Shown here: positions 61,051 through 64,000 of the stretch, piece by piece
Layout of the letters: each line of letters opens with the position of its first letter
Position numbering within the stretch: position 1 is the first letter of the stretch
NCBI GenBank assembly: GCA_016840165.1
Contig: JAEOSU010000032.1
Location: forward strand, 32,001 to 96,000
Source: Promethearchaeota archaeon
GTDB taxonomy: Archaea; Asgardarchaeota; Lokiarchaeia; Sigyniarchaeales; SOKP01
Reading direction: 5' to 3'
DNA: 64,000 bases
Position numbers and translations under genes: made by a program
The notes under the pieces: generated by a model
What the model saw: the letters and a program-made list of their open reading frames with translations, nothing else
The model's database searches: none
Told to the model about the DNA's origin: nothing

Positions 61051-62310
61051 ATGCCAAGTTCAAAAGATTTTATTGATATGGATCATGAGTATTGTGCTCA
61101 TAATTATCATCCCATACCCGTTGTTATTAGTAAAGCTGAAGGGGTTTGGGTATATGATCCAGAAGGTAATAAATATTTAGACTGCTTATCAGCATACTCA
61201 AGTCAGAATACGGGACATTGTCATCCCGAAATTATTAATGCATTGAAAGAACAAGCTGATAAGGTCACACTTACATCTCGTGCATTTCATAATGATATGA
61301 TGGGCCCGTTTTTGAAAAAGCTCTGTGATATTGTTGGACCACATGTTAATGATCCAAATAATTCAGGAATCATGAGTATTCCAATGAATACGGGAACAGA
61401 AGCAGTAGAAACTGGATTAAAAGTCTGCCGTGCATGGGGATATATAAAGAAGAAAATTCCTAAAGACGAAGCAAAAATAATCATCTGTAGAAATAACTTT
61501 CATGGAAGAACGATAACTATAGTAGGTTTTAGTACAGATATTTCTGCAGTACGCTATTATGGAAATTTTGGTCCTTATACCCCTGGGTTCGTAATAATAC
61601 CCTATGGAGATGCTGATATCTTAGAAAATACTATTTTAGAATTGGGTCCTGAAAAAGTTGCGGGATTCTTATTCGAGCCTATTCAAGGAGAGGCGGGAGT
61701 AAATGTTCCTCCAGAAGGATATGTAAAAAAAATCCGAGAAATTTGTACCAAATATAATGTCTTAATGTTAGCTGACGAGATTCAAACTGGTTTTGGCAGA
61801 ACTGGTGAGTTATTTGCTTGCGATCATGAAAATGTGAAACCTGATATGTTACTTTTAGGCAAAGCTCTTGGTGGAGGTGTTTATCCTGTCTCGGCAATTG
61901 TGACAACTAAAGATATTGTTGGACCAGACGTAATCAAACCTGGAACACACGGATCCACTTTTGGGGGAAACCCACTTGCATCAGCAGTTGCTATGAAATC
62001 ACTTGATATTCATATTGATGATCACCTTGCCGAAAGAGCGAAAAGAAGAGGGGGATACTTCATTGAAGGGCTTAGAAAGATCGCATCGAAAAATACTATC
62101 CTCCCTATCAAAGAAATACGTGGTAAAGGATTATTAATGGCAATTGAATTTACAACAGATGCGAGGCATATTGTAGAGATGTTGAAAGATAAAGGAATTT
62201 TAGCTAAGGATACCCATTCCACCACTATACGTTTTGCTCCACCTTTAATAATTACAAAAGAACAAGTGGATTGGGCTCTACAAATTATTGAAGCAGTACT
62301 TGTAAAATAA
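61051..62310 (+). CDS. rocD: ornithine--oxo-acid aminotransferase
   Basis: AHNYHPIPVV, LSAYS, NTGTEAVET, FHGRT, EPIQGEAG, DEIQTG, LGKALGGG, HGSTFGGNPLA. Confidence 0.9.
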   Translation: MPSSKDFIDMDHEYCAHNYHPIPVVISKAEGVWVYDPEGNKYLDCLSAYSSQNTGHCHPEIINALKEQADKVTLTSRAFHNDMMGPFLKKLCDIVGPHVNDPNNSGIMSIPMNTGTEAVETGLKVCRAWGYIKKKIPKDEAKIIICRNNFHGRTITIVGFSTDISAVRYYGNFGPYTPGFVIIPYGDADILENTILELGPEKVAGFLFEPIQGEAGVNVPPEGYVKKIREICTKYNVLMLADEIQTGFGRTGELFACDHENVKPDMLLLGKALGGGVYPVSAIVTTKDIVGPDVIKPGTHGSTFGGNPLASAVAMKSLDIHIDDHLAERAKRRGGYFIEGLRKIASKNTILPIKEIRGKGLLMAIEFTTDARHIVEMLKDKGILAKDTHSTTIRFAPPLIITKEQVDWALQIIEAVLVK

Positions 62311-62343
62311 TAAAACTTCAATTTTTATTATAAAAAAAAAAGG

Positions 62344-62364
62344 AAAAATCGATTACCGATTTTT
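62344..62364. terminator. hairpin flanked by A/T tracts between convergent genes
   Basis: AAAAATCG-ATTAC-CGATTTTT with poly-A upstream and poly-T downstream. Confidence 0.5.
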
Positions 62365-62382
62365 TTATTTTTAAGATCTAAA

Positions 62383-64000
62383 TTACATATAAAGATTTAA
62401 TACTGATTCAGCAACTTTCATAACATCCCAATAATTGTAAAGCATGGGTTTGTATGTCCAAGTTTCATATAAAGCAAGTTGATCGTATGCATGGTTATAT
62501 TCTCCTAAATAATTAAGAAATCCGCTTTGACCTGGTGGAATAACATTCACTGCATGAGGTAACGCGAAAAGGTTTCTCCAATCATAATAGTTCCATACAA
62601 TCATTTCTGCTATTTGATTGTAAGTACCACGGTTCATATAATGCATTACCGGCCTAGGTAGGGCTCCAATTTGGTCAGGAATCCATTTAATGACAGGAGT
62701 AAGCCAGGTAGACATATCTGGCCCAAGATTTTCCGTTAAATTACCAATAGTCCATTTGAGCACTCGGCAAATGACCTCATCTCGGTCTTCTCCATTAAGA
62801 TAATCATAATTCAATGGTAACTTAGAAGCTGAGCCGTCAAAGACGTGAATTATCGTACTTGGCCACACTCTTGCATATTCTCGGTGTATAGGTCCAACTT
62901 CAGCATATGTCGGAAGATCATCTTCAAACACTTCTTCAAATATTCTATCGTACCAATCGTCAAAGATTGTTAAACCTGTGTCGTCATAAGTAGCATCGAC
63001 AGCAGGCCACATAGGATCTATATAGTCATTATAATGGTGATCCCAAGCCTCCAAATAGTCAATTACTTCACTTGGAATAGTTGGATCTGTTTTAGCGGCA
63101 TCCACTACGAAATCTAAGAGATTCATTCCGGGAATGTGATTATATCCGGCGTCTCTGACAATTCTATTCATATCTTCGAAAGTAATATCATTATCTGCAG
63201 CTAAAAGTTCCATTATTATTCCAACTCGATGACCTTGACCCCAACCAGCATCAGATTCTCCAAAAGGCCAATTTGTAACAGGCTTATTATTCCAATTAGC
63301 AAGATAACCCTGTGAAGGATTGTAGCATTTTGGCATTTCTTTAACGCCAGTAACACCAAGCCACTCTTCTTCTCCAGTACCCCATAATGGTAACCTGTCA
63401 TCAATCATTCTACCATTCTTTCCAGTAGTAGGTTTTATTGGCCATTTACCTGAATGAAAATATGCAATATTTCCGTCCCTATCAATCCAATAGAAATTAT
63501 GGGCAGCATGTACTTTTCCAGCTGCAACATACATGTCCCATGCATCTGTACTTTGTTGGAAAAGAGACCATCCTTCTTCAGCTGCAAGTTCATCCTTGTA
63601 ATAAGGAGTTTTCATCGTAAAACAAAGATTGTTATCAAGATCCCATCCAATTATCGGGCCATGAATAGTTCGATAAATATCTCTATCTTCATAGGTTAAT
63701 TTTAAAGGACCATAAAATCTTTCTGTTCTTTTTTCCATGTCAACCCATTCACCATTATACCTATATTGATATTGATTATCTGGATTGAGAACCTCTATGT
63801 AGGTATCCATGTTATCTGAGACTCCAGTAGTTGAGGTCCATGCGCCCCATTTACTTACACCAATTAGAATACTTGGAGCATGAGGCATCATCATCCCAAC
63901 AGCATCGATTCCTGCACCATGTAAACCAACTTCAAGAACAATCTGGGGGATAGATTGACCCATTTGTGGACCACCTTGTAGAAGAGGATTTCCATTTGTG
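62383..64000 (-). CDS. penicillin acylase family (Ntn-hydrolase) protein, 5'-partial
   Basis: The frame stays open upstream of 63963 (TNGNPLLQGGPQMG). RTIHGP, DRDGNIAY, ANWNNKP and PPGQSG motifs are present. Confidence 0.85.
   Translation of the reverse strand, partial: TNGNPLLQGGPQMGQSIPQIVLEVGLHGAGIDAVGMMMPHAPSILIGVSKWGAWTSTTGVSDNMDTYIEVLNPDNQYQYRYNGEWVDMEKRTERFYGPLKLTYEDRDIYRTIHGPIIGWDLDNNLCFTMKTPYYKDELAAEEGWSLFQQSTDAWDMYVAAGKVHAAHNFYWIDRDGNIAYFHSGKWPIKPTTGKNGRMIDDRLPLWGTGEEEWLGVTGVKEMPKCYNPSQGYLANWNNKPVTNWPFGESDAGWGQGHRVGIIMELLAADNDITFEDMNRIVRDAGYNHIPGMNLLDFVVDAAKTDPTIPSEVIDYLEAWDHHYNDYIDPMWPAVDATYDDTGLTIFDDWYDRIFEEVFEDDLPTYAEVGPIHREYARVWPSTIIHVFDGSASKLPLNYDYLNGEDRDEVICRVLKWTIGNLTENLGPDMSTWLTPVIKWIPDQIGALPRPVMHYMNRGTYNQIAEMIVWNYYDWRNLFALPHAVNVIPPGQSGFLNYLGEYNHAYDQLALYETWTYKPMLYNYWDVMKVAESVLNLYM

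Noticed and set aside
2255-63699. Numerous short (60-165 aa) ORFs overlapping larger genes
   Set aside because: Antisense or alternate-frame shadows without recognisable motifs

Overview
AT-rich archaeal genomic window, most consistent with an Asgard archaeon of the Lokiarchaeia type. Supporting signs are a gelsolin-domain protein, eukaryote-like SECIS hairpins and Hdr/Mvh/AOR metabolism. The main result is three selenoprotein genes that the ORF track breaks up or misses, with seven in-frame UGA codons in total: HdrA with 3 Sec (4524-6500, -), MvhD with 2 Sec (4045-4509, -) and an AhpC/TSA peroxiredoxin-like protein with a UxxU motif (35077-35589, +). Two 3'-UTR hairpins share the same eukaryote-type SECIS architecture: AUGA-N, 8-bp stem, 11-nt A-rich loop, N-GA. 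A single visible SECIS appears to serve five UGAs across two cistrons (hdrA-mvhD). A Cys-only paralogous Hdr/MvhD/FrhB cluster 8-15 kb away provides an internal alignment control. Other content includes two aldehyde:ferredoxin oxidoreductases, a near-complete lysine fermentation pathway (kamA, kamB, kamD, kamE, kdd, kce, probable kat instead of kal) interrupted by a ZIP/DtxR metal module, and a corrinoid protein paired with a methyltransferase-SCP2 fusion. The window also holds a SIR2-TPR protein at the left edge, a frameshifted tyrosine-integrase remnant, an ABC exporter with tandem regulators, rocD and a partial penicillin-acylase-family gene. No rRNA, tRNA or CRISPR array was seen.
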